Assembly (NCBI GenBank): GCA_963737155.1
Contig: CAVTRN010000002.1
Coordinates: 1,536,001-1,600,000, forward strand
Length of the DNA stretch: 64,000 bases
Origin: Nitrospirota bacterium
GTDB taxonomy: Bacteria; Nitrospirota; UBA9217
Direction of reading: 5' to 3'
The notes beneath the pieces were generated by a model. It saw nothing but the letters and a program-made list of their open reading frames with translations. It made no database searches and was not told where the DNA came from. Below are positions 1 through 10,190 of the stretch, piece after piece. A program made the position numbers and the translations under genes. The stretch's first letter is position 1. Every line of letters begins with the position of its first letter.

Positions 1-367
1 TGTCGGGTTTATCATCGCCGCGATCCCCGCGGTTATTCTCACCCTTGTTCAACTCGGGTTCGGCAGTGCCGCGCTCGCCGCTGCCGGATATCTGGCCATT
101 AGTTTCATACTCGGCAATGTCGTCGAGCCGAGGCTAATGGGGCGGAGGCTCGGTCTGTCCACGCTGGTTGTATTTCTCTCGCTGATCTTTTGGGGAAGCC
201 TTCTGGGTTTGATTGGTGTGGTTCTGTGCATACCGTTTACCATGACGCTGAAGTTCGCATGCGAGAACAATAAAAGCACACGATGGATAGCAGTATTGCT
301 CGGGCCTGAAACACCCGCTGAAAGCATTCCACCATTATCGAAAAAAGAAGCCGACCTTGAGACCTGA
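1..367 (+). CDS. AI-2E family transporter, C-terminal part (truncated by window edge)
   Basis: Hydrophobic C-terminus EPRLMGRRLGLSTLVVFLSLIFWGSLLGLIGVVLCIP, typical of AI-2E/PerM permeases. Confidence 0.85.
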   Translation, partial: VGFIIAAIPAVILTLVQLGFGSAALAAAGYLAISFILGNVVEPRLMGRRLGLSTLVVFLSLIFWGSLLGLIGVVLCIPFTMTLKFACENNKSTRWIAVLLGPETPAESIPPLSKKEADLET

Positions 368-604
368 ACAAATATTGAGAAGGCTCGATAGAGAAGAAAA
401 ATGGTAATTCCTCGGGAACATCATTTGATGCTGCAATGACGAAGAGCTAAAAACTTGGAACCGCTACGGCGCAAAGATCTCGATGGTTTTTTTAAAGCCT
501 TAAACGGGTTCAGTCCGTTCTTTGTGACGTCGCGATTTAAAATATATTATCTTATTAAGCCTTGCCTGACTAGTTATGGAAAATGTCCCTAAGGAGAAAC
601 GAAT

Positions 605-944
605 ATGCCGGGAAAAAACACATGATAAAGAACTAGAGGTACTGAAGGCCAATATTGCGCCCGAGTGAAGAGATCGCCGGATTCGCTGCAGGAGTGGAGA
701 AATCCGCAGAAAATTATACCGAACAGTCGCACGTAGCTGCCCAACAGGAAACCCCCACCCATGGCGAGGAAGGCCGCGGTGTATGGGCGGACCTATTGCA
801 CAAGCTTGATTCATCGGGGATCAAGGGTGAAAAAGTCGTCAGGGACCTTGCTGCCGAAGTGGTCCAGCACCGATGGTGTGTATTATGGCCGCATTCGAAC
901 TGGGCTATATAATCGCCAAACTGTTATACTTCGAGAACAAATAA
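605..944 (+). pseudogene. DUF883/ElaB-like small protein, frameshifted
   Basis: RBS aaggag before ATG at 605. Fragments KELEVLKANI, EKVVRDLAAEV and AAFELGYIIAKLL lie in different frames and resemble ElaB/YqjD C-terminal anchor proteins. Confidence 0.45.
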
Positions 945-955
945 TAAGGATACTA

Positions 956-1150
956 ATGGCGCTCATTGATATCGCGACGGCCTTTCTGCATTTTCTGGAG
1001 CTAGAAGGGAAAACACTGAAAATAGCTTTGATGAATGTGGGATGGGCGCTTGCATTTTTCGGGTTTGCGTTCATTCTGATCTTGACTGCGGCGGGCTTTT
1101 CACTGGGTGGCCGCATCGCTCCTTGTGTCGTTCCTGGCTTTTGTACTTGT
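956..1150 (+). pseudogene. small membrane protein remnant (type usually found downstream of DUF883 genes)
   Basis: MALIDIATAFLHFLELEG...VGWALAFFGFAFILILTAAGF hydrophobic segment, then degenerates. Confidence 0.35.
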
Positions 1151-1329
1151 ACTGATTTTCGCGAGCGTCGCAAGTTGGAAGACCGCTGCTGGCCTGCAAT
1201 GAGATGCGCATCTGTTCGCGAGTGGTCTCACCTGATGCAGGAGGCGATAGGCCATTTGGATGGCCAACTTATTGTTTATTATGAGTGGCCTAATGAAGTG
1301 TGATGAAAAGATAAAAGAGTAGCTCGTTC

Positions 1330-1539
1330 ATGCACTATCTAAACTGCGTCCGCAATATGTCGCGCCAAAAAATCAATAACCGGGCTATTTCGGCTGAGCT
1401 CGCGGTCGAGAAGGCCCGTTGCTATGCCAAAAGCATCGTGGAAACTGTTCGAGAGCCTATTTCGGTCCTGGATGACAAACTGGAGATAATTTTGGAGACC
1501 CGCAGCGGGTTACCGCTAAAGCATCCCACGGAGGCATAA
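1330..1539 (+). pseudogene. PAS-domain fragment related to CheBR-type sensor kinases
   Basis: ARCYAKSIVETVREPISVLD closely matches ARDYAEAIVETVREPLIILS in 48713..53392. Confidence 0.55.
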
Positions 1540-2528
1540 TGAAAAAAATAATGATCGTTTTTATCCCAGTGCTGTTTTTTTCCGTCAATGGCGACGCAGG
1601 TGAGCTTATTGCACAGGTTAATTCTGCGGAGGTTGCCCCACAGGCTTATACGGTGAGTCAACCACAAGACGTGAATGATCCTGAAAACACACTGCCCACT
1701 GTTCAGCAACAGCAATCACCTCAAAGCGCGTATGCTGGGAAGAAAACGGACCGTGCAGTTTCTACAGACAAGGTGAATTATTTTTCTTTAAATAATTGGC
1801 CCGGAAACAACGACGCGCAGGCCAAGTTCCAGATAAGCATGAAGTTCCGGGTGCTGCAACCGAACTTATATGTCTTCAAATATAACATTTTTCCTGCATA
1901 TTTAGCCTATACGCAGAAGTCGCTCTGGAACTTAGGGCGGCACCCTTTTTTTGCGGAAAGCAATTATAACCCGGAGTTTTTTTTAGATTATCCGGTCAAC
2001 GCCGTGATCTTCGGCCGGGTTAAATTGCGTAACATACTTATAAGTCCGCTCGAACACGAATCCGACGGTCTCGCCGGCGCACAGGCACGAAGCTGGAACA
2101 GGCAATATGTTCTGATCAAGTTCGGCCTCGAGTCGAAGGAGAAGCTGGAAGAAACGAGTTCTTTCCTGTCGGACAAGGCGTTATTGTATATTAAACTCTG
2201 GTACGCAGAGGGTTATTCCGACGAGACTGCCTATCTGCAATCTATCGGCAACAAAGCAACATTCCTCGACTACATGGGGCGAGGGGAGGTCGGGGTAAGC
2301 GTCAGGAATTTCCTCTGGGGCGGAAGCTTGAGGGACCACCAACTGGATGTAAAAACGCCGATATTCCGCGATTTCAACAAAGATTCTTACGAATTCGAAT
2401 TCCGGCAGCAACTTCCGAATACGAATTTCGCACTTTACCTGCAGTACTGGTATGGTTACGGAGAAACCCTGATGCGATTCGATCAGTTTGGACGAAGAGG
2501 TTTTATGGGGCTTGCTTTTTCTTATTAA
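1539..2528 (+). CDS. pldA: outer-membrane phospholipase A (OMPLA/PldA family)
   Basis: Signal peptide. Motifs AKFQISMK, AYTQKSLW, ESNYNPE, HESDG (catalytic His-x-Ser), SWNR and YGYGETL. Confidence 0.85.
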   Translation: MKKIMIVFIPVLFFSVNGDAGELIAQVNSAEVAPQAYTVSQPQDVNDPENTLPTVQQQQSPQSAYAGKKTDRAVSTDKVNYFSLNNWPGNNDAQAKFQISMKFRVLQPNLYVFKYNIFPAYLAYTQKSLWNLGRHPFFAESNYNPEFFLDYPVNAVIFGRVKLRNILISPLEHESDGLAGAQARSWNRQYVLIKFGLESKEKLEETSSFLSDKALLYIKLWYAEGYSDETAYLQSIGNKATFLDYMGRGEVGVSVRNFLWGGSLRDHQLDVKTPIFRDFNKDSYEFEFRQQLPNTNFALYLQYWYGYGETLMRFDQFGRRGFMGLAFSY

Positions 2529-2714
2529 AGGTATGCGGATGCAGCAGTGGAGTATTTTAAATACCTCCATGGTATATAAAGAGTAATAAAACATGAAACC
2601 AATCCGCACCAGCATGCATATGCGTGTACGAGATGATACCTTAGGAGGTGGCGATTGATGGTAAAAAACGACAGGAGCAATACCCGACCGGAATAGTGAA
2701 GAAAGGTACGAATC

Positions 2715-4595
2715 ATGGCTGAAGATACGAAAGATGAGAAAGGCGGCATCCCCAAAATCTATTGGAGATATTTTGCTGTATTTATAGCAATTTCGATACT
2801 TATGTATGGTTGGAATATCTTTTTCAACCCCAACGCTCCCGCGCGCACTACGATAAACTACAGTCAGTTTATCGATCAACTGAGTGCAGGCAACATCAAA
2901 TCCGTTTCAATAAAAAAGGAACTGGTAAACGGAGAGTTGATTAAAGAGGTGAGCGTCTTACCGCCGGAAGAAAAGAAGCCCGTGCAAGTGAAATACTTCC
3001 AGACCGTCCTGCCTTCTTTCCAGGGTGAAGGACTCCTGTCCCAACTAAGGGAAAAGAATGTGATCATCACCATCGAGCCTGCTGAACAGGGCATGTTATG
3101 GCAGATGGTGGTCGGGGTCCTGCCCTGGGTGCTGATCATCGGTTTCTGGGTCCTGATGATGAAAAAGAATCAGCAGATTCAGGGAGGCGCTGGAGGCCTC
3201 TTTACCTTCGGTGCAAGCAAGGCCAAACTGTATGATGCGAAAAAACCGAGTGTGACCTTTAAAGACGTAGCCGGGATGGACAATGTGAAGATGGAACTGA
3301 GAGAGACCATAGAGTTTCTGAAAGACCCCTCCCGGTTCGAGAAGATCGGAGCAAAGGTCCCGAAGGGCGTGCTTCTTATCGGTCCTCCGGGAACAGGCAA
3401 GACCCTTTTTGCGCGGGCAACCGCAGGGGAGGCCGCAGTGCCTTTTTACAGCATCAGCGCTTCCGAGTTCATAGAGATGTTCGTAGGGGTCGGCGCCTCA
3501 CGGGTCAGGGACATGTTCAAAAAAGCCAAGGACACCCAGCCGAGCATTATTTTTATAGATGAAATTGATGCAGTAGGACGTACTCGCGGCGCGGGGCTTG
3601 GAGGCGGAAGTGATGAACGGGAGCAAACGCTGAACCAGCTTTTGAGTGAAATGGATGGATTTAATCCCCACGAAGAAGTGATCGTTATGGCTGCGACTAA
3701 CAGGCCGGATGTTCTGGACCCAGCACTTCTCCGCCCGGGAAGGTTTGACCGGCATATTGTGATAGACAGGCCGGGCTGGAAAGAGCGGAAGGCGATACTG
3801 GAAATCCATGTGAGGGGCAAGAAACTGGCGCGTGATGTCGATTTCGAAGCCCTGGCAAAGGGTACTCCGGGCATGACCGGCGCCGACCTCGAGAATCTCA
3901 CCAACGAGGCCGCTTTGATCGCCTTGCGGAAGAACAAAGAAATGATAGACCGGCTTGATTTTTTAGAGGCCGAGGACAGTATCCTGATGGGAACAGTGAA
4001 GGAGTTGACCATCAGCGATTTGGAAAAGCGGATAACGGCCTATCATGAGGCAGGTCACACGCTCACCGCGTGGCTATTGCCTGGAGCCGATCCCATATAC
4101 AAGGTTAGTATTATACCCCGCGGGATCGCGATGGGTGTTACTCAGCTCCTGCCCGGCGAAGACCGGCATTATTATCCCCGCACCTATCTTATGAACAGGT
4201 TGAGCATCAACCTTGCCGGACGAGTTGCGGAAAAGATCGTTTTTAACGATATTAGCAGCGGCGCACAGAATGACCTGAAAGATGCGACTTCTCTTGCCGA
4301 GAAAATGGTGGCACAGTGGGGAATGAGCGATAAGGTAGGTCCGATCAATCTCGGGCGCGGTGAAGAACATCCATTCTTGGGCAGGGAGTTGTCTCTGCCA
4401 AAACGGTACAGCGAGGAGATGGCCTGGCTTATGGACCAGGAAATCCAGAAAATCGTTATCGATGCAGAATCCAGGGCAACTGAAATATTGTCAGGGAAAA
4501 GGCATGCTCTTGACGCGCTTGCGGAAGCGTTAATAAAGGAAGAGGTGCTTGAAAGGGCCGATGTGGAACGGATAATACAGGGTACTCAAAAATAG
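2715..4595 (+). CDS. ftsH: ATP-dependent zinc metalloprotease FtsH
   Basis: Two TM helices, Walker A GPPGTGKT, Walker [37 protein letters not shown] zinc motif. Confidence 0.97.
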   Translation: MAEDTKDEKGGIPKIYWRYFAVFIAISILMYGWNIFFNPNAPARTTINYSQFIDQLSAGNIKSVSIKKELVNGELIKEVSVLPPEEKKPVQVKYFQTVLPSFQGEGLLSQLREKNVIITIEPAEQGMLWQMVVGVLPWVLIIGFWVLMMKKNQQIQGGAGGLFTFGASKAKLYDAKKPSVTFKDVAGMDNVKMELRETIEFLKDPSRFEKIGAKVPKGVLLIGPPGTGKTLFARATAGEAAVPFYSISASEFIEMFVGVGASRVRDMFKKAKDTQPSIIFIDEIDAVGRTRGAGLGGGSDEREQTLNQLLSEMDGFNPHEEVIVMAATNRPDVLDPALLRPGRFDRHIVIDRPGWKERKAILEIHVRGKKLARDVDFEALAKGTPGMTGADLENLTNEAALIALRKNKEMIDRLDFLEAEDSILMGTVKELTISDLEKRITAYHEAGHTLTAWLLPGADPIYKVSIIPRGIAMGVTQLLPGEDRHYYPRTYLMNRLSINLAGRVAEKIVFNDISSGAQNDLKDATSLAEKMVAQWGMSDKVGPINLGRGEEHPFLGRELSLPKRYSEEMAWLMDQEIQKIVIDAESRATEILSGKRHALDALAEALIKEEVLERADVERIIQGTQK

Positions 4596-4747
4596 TGCAT
4601 CAGACCGGATCCCCCGGGCGAATAACTCTCCTTGGGCACGAAATGAGCAATGCTTTAAAAAAACGTCAATGTGAATAAGCAACGAAATCGATGCTTCTAA
4701 ACGCGATATACTTAGAATGATGAATTAGTATCCCCAAGGAGAAGTCT

Positions 4748-5120
4748 ATGAAAACGGCAAAGGGTTTGTGGATCGACCATAGAAAGGCCGTTATCATGGC
4801 TGTTACGGAGAAAGGAGAGGTAGTAAAAGAGATAGTTTCATTGGTGGAAAAACAACTCGGCCGTTTTGAGGGCATGCGCTCAACGACTCCCTATGAATCT
4901 CAGCTGGTTCCGGCAGATGATTCACAGGAAAGAGGTCTACGGGACATCTCGTCAAATACTACGCGAGGTGATATTGCATCTTAACGATGCGGAATTAATC
5001 CTGATCTTTGGTTCCGGCGAGGCAAAGGGTTCCAAGCTGAGTGGCCGTGTAGCAGGTATTGAGACAGTTGACAAGATGACCGATCGTCAGAGTGCGGCGA
5101 AAGTCCGGACGTACTTGTAA
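4748..5120 (+). pseudogene. host-attachment/baeRF-like (eRF1 domain 2-like) small protein, frameshifted
   Basis: GLWIDHRKAVI in one frame and EVILHLNDAELILIFGSGEAK...IETVDKMTDRQ in the next. Confidence 0.7.
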
Positions 5121-5291
5121 AACAATGTTCAGAAATAGGGTTGAGGTAAAAAATCAGCCTGGTGCCCGGCAAGGTCCACTGCAACGGAAGAAGGCAGGTC
5201 GCTGTGTGCGAGCTTGATTGAACCGCAATACGCTAACATCTTTCTTCCAATTGTGCAACCGCCTTGGCAATGCCACTATGGTCCCTTCAAG

Positions 5292-6782
5292 ATGCCGAAC
5301 TATCTTAATAACATGGTTGTACACAAGAAAAAAATTTTATTCATAACTACGGGCGTAATCACGCTTGTAGTCTTAGTGAGCGTCCTCGTTCTCCTGCTCA
5401 ATATGCAATGCTTCAAGCCGCAGATCGAGGCAGCTGCATCGAATGCTCTGGGAATGGATATCCGGATCAGGGGCAGGATGGGCATTGCTCTCTTCCCGGG
5501 TTTCGGTCTGTCGCTGAAGAACACCAGCGTGCAGAACGGGGAAGCGGATGTAGTTACCATTGAGAAGATGAGGATCGGTTTGAAGCTCATCCCCCTTATG
5601 AGGCACGAAATCCAGATAAGCCGGGTTGAGCTTATCAAGCCGGCCTTCTCCATCGTGCGGGACAAGAACGGGATGCTAAATTTTAAAAAAACAGGACGCA
5701 CGCTTTTGGGAAAGCCCCTCGCTGTGGAAAAGATATCCATCTCCCAGGGGAGACTTGTTTATACTAACGAAAGATCCGGCGAGAGGGTCGAAGTGGGCGA
5801 CTTCGATATGACCATACGAAACCTGTCGTACAACGGTACAAATAGCGTGGAACCAGCTAAGAACGGCTCATTCACCGGCGATATCAGCTGCAAGAAGCTC
5901 AAGATCAACAACATCACTATTACAAACCTGGTGATGAGAGCAACAGGGGAAAACGGAATACTCGATATCAACCAAGTCAGGATGGACATATTCGGCGGGA
6001 CCGGGAAGGGGAGCATTCATGTGGACGTGACGGGGGCATCGCCTTATTTCCGGGTAATCTATACTCTCAACCGGTTCAGGATCGAGGAACTAATGCAGGC
6101 ATCCCCGCCCGGGAAAATCCCAAAGAAAAGCATAGAAGGGACGGTCAACTTTTCCGCAAACCTGACGGCAACGGGGAAGAGCGCAGATGAAGTGAAGCGA
6201 TCGCTCAACGGCGACCTTTCTTTGAATGGGGAGAACCTTATGCTCAACGGCATCGATATCGATGCCCTTATCCCAAAGTACGAACGAAGCCAGAACTTCA
6301 ACCTCGTGGATGTAGGGGCGTTCTTCCTCGCCGGCCCCTTCGGCCCGGTACTCACCAAGAGCTACAATTTCGCAAGCCTGTACGAAGAGTCGCGAGGCGG
6401 AAAAGGGATCATCAGAAAACTTGTCTCACTCTGGAAAGTAAATCACGGTATTGCCGAGGCGAACGACGTGGCCCTTGCATCAAACAAACACAGGATCGCC
6501 ATGAAGGGTGGATTGAACTTCATCGACGACCGTTTTGTTGACGTAGTCGTAGCGGTTCTCGATAAAAGAGGGTGCGCTGTTTACAGCCAGAAGGTACACG
6601 GACCGTTCCGTAAACCGCAGATCGAGAAGGTAAGTGTCTTAAAATCAATATCGGGGTCCGTGTTGAACGCGCTGGGGGATGTGTGGAAATTAATTCAGGG
6701 TAAATCGTGCACACCATTTTACTCAGGTTCGGTGGCGCAACCGGAGGGGTTCTCAACTGGTCATGCTTTAATTGTATATTAG
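5292..6782 (+). CDS. AsmA family protein (last 10 residues contributed by an inserted element)
   Basis: N-terminal TM, KPQIEAAASNALGMDIRIRG, beta-rich repeats, GKSADEVKRSLNGDLSL. Start codon uncertain (5214, 5292 or 5313). Confidence 0.85.
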   Translation: MPNYLNNMVVHKKKILFITTGVITLVVLVSVLVLLLNMQCFKPQIEAAASNALGMDIRIRGRMGIALFPGFGLSLKNTSVQNGEADVVTIEKMRIGLKLIPLMRHEIQISRVELIKPAFSIVRDKNGMLNFKKTGRTLLGKPLAVEKISISQGRLVYTNERSGERVEVGDFDMTIRNLSYNGTNSVEPAKNGSFTGDISCKKLKINNITITNLVMRATGENGILDINQVRMDIFGGTGKGSIHVDVTGASPYFRVIYTLNRFRIEELMQASPPGKIPKKSIEGTVNFSANLTATGKSADEVKRSLNGDLSLNGENLMLNGIDIDALIPKYERSQNFNLVDVGAFFLAGPFGPVLTKSYNFASLYEESRGGKGIIRKLVSLWKVNHGIAEANDVALASNKHRIAMKGGLNFIDDRFVDVVVAVLDKRGCAVYSQKVHGPFRKPQIEKVSVLKSISGSVLNALGDVWKLIQGKSCTPFYSGSVAQPEGFSTGHALIVY

Positions 6783-6821
6783 CAACTTTTATGATATATT
6801 ATATTTAATGGAATATATAAA

Positions 6822-8377
6822 CCTCAATAATGCACGAAAAAGGATATCTTAGTCATAAAACCAGCATAAACATTGATCGACGAAGTACGAGTTACTTGCA
6901 AAATCGTTAAAATTAAACTAGCTTGAGCCTATCAATTTTCTTGAGGGCAGCCTCAAACTGCTCGCGGTAGTGGTAATCGTGTGGCAATGCCAGGACATTC
7001 CGGCTGCCTTCCTTGCTCAGCTTGGCTGGCAAAACAAGGAAATCGGTACGTATTGAATCCAGTGTGGCGTTCAAATACTCTTTCGGAAGACAGAGCCGCT
7101 TGAACCAATGCATGATGTCGAAGGCTAATAACAATAATTGGAAGAATGCTACATTCGCCAGCCAATCCTCCGTCGGTATTTTGCCAAGGGGATAATCGTA
7201 AAGCAGTTCTCGAATGTTCTTCTCGATAGTTGCCCGTTTGGCGTAGAACTGCCAGATTCGCCAGGGATGAGCTTTGATGTTCGTCACAATGACGTGATAG
7301 GCATACTTCCGATCTTTGAAAAGTGTCAGTTGCTTGGCTTCTATCGGATCGTCGGGGATGGGACGCCGTACCACGATAAAACGATGCAGATTTTTCCAGT
7401 GCAACGGTTTGTACTTGAACTCGCTCACTTCCCAACCAGTCCCCAGTGATTTGAATCTGCATGCCCTGGCTTGGGATTTGATGGTGGAATATTCTTTGGC
7501 TACAATCGCGTAACCTATGCCAAGGGCATCGAGAAATTCGATCACATTGTGGCCGAAGAACCCTGAATCGGCCCGTATACGGATTCTTGACCGCGAGATG
7601 TTTTTGGGTGCTTTGGCCAAGCAGCGCTTCATGAACGAGATCACACCTGAACTGGAAGCAGCATTCCCCGGTCGGAGTGATCCATGCCAGAATTCCTGAA
7701 GATGCGCTTCGAAACACAAAAGCGGATGATAAGAACGTCTGCCTCGCTTCTTGGGATTGTACCCGACACGGGCGAACTGTATTTTCCCATAGATTGTCAG
7801 CACCACGGAGTCCAGGTCGAAGATCAGCGATGTTCTCGGTTTGGGTAAAGGAAACAACATAAGCCGAAGCCGATCGTGGAGTGCAACAAGTTGCCGGATG
7901 TCTTTGGGCGTAAGTCGTTTGAGAAATCGACGGATCGTAGACTGATTCGGGAATTGTGGCAACCCTAAGAGCGAGAGAAACACTCCGTTGTATTGTAATA
8001 TCTCGGTCTTGTTGATTCGGCGAAGGCCAACCATGACCGCAAAGAGCAGGGCGAGGATGAGATCGGAAGGACGATAGCTGCCATTGCGGAGATTCACTGT
8101 CACCACTTGCTTTAATAGGCGGCGCAGTCCGAGTTTGTTGCAAAATCGTTGGAGTAGTACCATCCCGCCGAAGTGCGTTAGGTGAGTATCTTTGAACGAT
8201 AGACGCAGTGTTTGCAGGCCTTTTGACATTGTAAAACGCGAAATAAGGTGAGTAAATGGCTTCTTCCGGAAACCGTCCATTTTGGACGGATTCCGGTATA
8301 TAAAAATTATAACGTTCTATATGCATTTTTGCTGAATCTTTTGATATCGCATTCATGATTTTCATGCATTATTGAGG
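6822..8377 (-). mobile_element. IS1380-family insertion sequence
   Basis: 19-bp terminal inverted repeats CCTCAATAATGCA(C/T)GAAAA, with a 5-bp target duplication ATAAA at 6817-6821 and 8378-8382. Confidence 0.93.
6913..8280 (-). CDS. IS1380-family DDE transposase
   Basis: Motifs LTHFGG, IFDLDS, GYNPKKRG..YHPL, LRPGN, RIRADSGF, FYAKRATIEKNIRE. Confidence 0.93.
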   Translation of the reverse strand: MDGFRKKPFTHLISRFTMSKGLQTLRLSFKDTHLTHFGGMVLLQRFCNKLGLRRLLKQVVTVNLRNGSYRPSDLILALLFAVMVGLRRINKTEILQYNGVFLSLLGLPQFPNQSTIRRFLKRLTPKDIRQLVALHDRLRLMLFPLPKPRTSLIFDLDSVVLTIYGKIQFARVGYNPKKRGRRSYHPLLCFEAHLQEFWHGSLRPGNAASSSGVISFMKRCLAKAPKNISRSRIRIRADSGFFGHNVIEFLDALGIGYAIVAKEYSTIKSQARACRFKSLGTGWEVSEFKYKPLHWKNLHRFIVVRRPIPDDPIEAKQLTLFKDRKYAYHVIVTNIKAHPWRIWQFYAKRATIEKNIRELLYDYPLGKIPTEDWLANVAFFQLLLLAFDIMHWFKRLCLPKEYLNATLDSIRTDFLVLPAKLSKEGSRNVLALPHDYHYREQFEAALKKIDRLKLV

Positions 8378-8425
8378 ATAAATAAGGGTTACGCATCAGT
8401 AAACCAATAACTTGAGGCCGTAAAA

Positions 8426-10117
8426 ATGTCAAATGGGAAAAGAAGCAAAAATAAGAATGTTGGTGGAAAAGACACCCTGTCATTCACTGCAAATATGCTT
8501 CTGGATGATCATCCCTACCCGGAAATAAAGACCTCTCTTTACGCCATCCTCGACGATACGGGCATCTTGTATGGCCGTATAAAGAGGACTCTGTTCAAAG
8601 ACTGCATTCGCTCCGGCAAAAAAACAACAGAATTAAAGAACGAGTACCTGTCAACGTACAAGATCACCGCACGGCAGTTCAATGCAATCCGCTATGATCT
8701 GGACGGGAATGTCAAGGTGGTAACGGAAATCAACAAGCTCAGGACCCTGGATCTTGAAGAGAAAATAATATCGGTAAAAAAGTGGATTGCAAACAATGAA
8801 TCAGGAATACTCAAAATAACGGCTGATGCGGGTATCCCGAACACTGAAAAAAAGAACCAGGCAAGAGAGCTTCAGTATCGTGTTGATAATAAGAAACGAA
8901 AGCTTGCTTCTTTGGAGCAAAAGCTTTCCAAACTCAGGGAAGATCAGAAAAACGGGCGGGTAAGGATTTGTTTCGGGTCAAACAAGATATTCAGAAAACA
9001 ATTTTCCCTGGAGGAAAACGGGTACAAGAGCCACAATGAATGGCTTCTGGACTGGAAAGGGTCTCGCAATAACACCTTCTTTTGCCTTGGCTCGAAGGAC
9101 GAATCGGGCGGGAACCAAACGTGCACCCTGAAGTCCGATGGGACGATGAGATTAAGGGTCCCTGATTGTATAAAGGACAAATACGGGCATTCCATTATAA
9201 TGCCCAGCATAAAATATCCCTATGGCCAGGAACATATCGAAGCGGCCCTTCAGGCCGGAACAGCGATTTCTCACCGGTTTACCAGGGGCGGGAAGGGCTG
9301 GTACCTGCACACGACGGTAGATATTCCAAAGGCAAAAACAGTTACTTGCAAGCCAAAGGAAATCGGGTCTATCGGAGTGGACGTCAATGAAAAAGAAATT
9401 GCGGTTAGCGAGACCGACCGGTACGGGAATTATGTCAGGAGCATAACATATCCATCCTGCGTTAAGGATTTGCGCACTGAACAGACAGAAGCAATGTATA
9501 GCGATATCTGCAAATCCATCGTGGACCGGGCAGCCAAGACGGGAAAACCTATATCCCACGAAGAACTCGATTTTAGCAAGAAGAAAGCATCCTTAAAAGA
9601 GCAGGGCGTTACTTACGCAAGGATGCTTTCCGGTTTTGCCTACGGAACCTTCCTCACCCTGCTGGATAGAAGGGCGGCAAAACATGGCGTTTCCGTGCTC
9701 CCGGTCAACCCTGCTTTCACCACGATCATAGGGAAATTTAATTACGTGGACCGCTATGGCATTACGTCGCATGAAGCTGCGGCGCTGGCCATCGCGAGAC
9801 GTTCTCAACATTTCAGTGAAAGGCCTGATTCCGCCAGAATCGCGTCTCCCGTACCTGCAAGGAATCGGGGGGCGCATATCTGGAGCATTTGGAGAAGGCT
9901 GAAGACGAGACGGGCGGGCGGTAGCATTAGCCTGACCGGCTCAAGGCGGTCCTTACAGGACTCCTCAGGTTGCGCTGAACCACAAACGAAATTTACAGCA
10001 ACGACGACAGCGCAATCCATGCGGCCACCTCTTGCTACAATAAAGAGTGTACACCGCCGCATGGGATCCCAATTCATAAATCACGGGACTTGGGTGAATC
10101 AGAGGCATGCGCCCTGA
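8426..10117 (+). CDS. tnpB: large TnpB-related protein (IS200/IS605/IS607 accessory RNA-guided nuclease family)
   Basis: RuvC-I IGVDVN, RuvC-II ISHEELDF, VNPAFTT, HEAAALAIARR in the RuvC-III position, GSKDESGGNQ motif. No C-terminal CxxC zinc finger. Confidence 0.85.
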   Translation: MSNGKRSKNKNVGGKDTLSFTANMLLDDHPYPEIKTSLYAILDDTGILYGRIKRTLFKDCIRSGKKTTELKNEYLSTYKITARQFNAIRYDLDGNVKVVTEINKLRTLDLEEKIISVKKWIANNESGILKITADAGIPNTEKKNQARELQYRVDNKKRKLASLEQKLSKLREDQKNGRVRICFGSNKIFRKQFSLEENGYKSHNEWLLDWKGSRNNTFFCLGSKDESGGNQTCTLKSDGTMRLRVPDCIKDKYGHSIIMPSIKYPYGQEHIEAALQAGTAISHRFTRGGKGWYLHTTVDIPKAKTVTCKPKEIGSIGVDVNEKEIAVSETDRYGNYVRSITYPSCVKDLRTEQTEAMYSDICKSIVDRAAKTGKPISHEELDFSKKKASLKEQGVTYARMLSGFAYGTFLTLLDRRAAKHGVSVLPVNPAFTTIIGKFNYVDRYGITSHEAAALAIARRSQHFSERPDSARIASPVPARNRGAHIWSIWRRLKTRRAGGSISLTGSRRSLQDSSGCAEPQTKFTATTTAQSMRPPLATIKSVHRRMGSQFINHGTWVNQRHAP

Positions 10118-10190
10118 CGTTAACCGGCAGCAGCACTGTTCGGCTGCCGTCCTAGTATATGGAAATAAAATACTATGGTTCCAAGAACGG
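10096..10190 (+). ncRNA. 3' part of a putative omegaRNA/reRNA scaffold (element right end)
   Basis: Three hairpins (TCAG..CTGA, GGCAGC..GCTGCC, TAGTAT..ATACTA) conserved in a second copy at 38148-38237. The true 5' end probably lies further upstream inside tnpB. Confidence 0.6.

Larger units (their letters stand above)
6750..10190 (+). mobile_element. non-autonomous IS607-like TnpB element (no TnpA), with nested IS1380
   Basis: GG(T) at both junctions (GAGGGG|TTCTC and AAGAACGG|TAAG). Removing the element restores the asmA ending CCG GAG GGG TAA. AT-rich left end, tnpB-like gene, structured right end. Confidence 0.7.
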
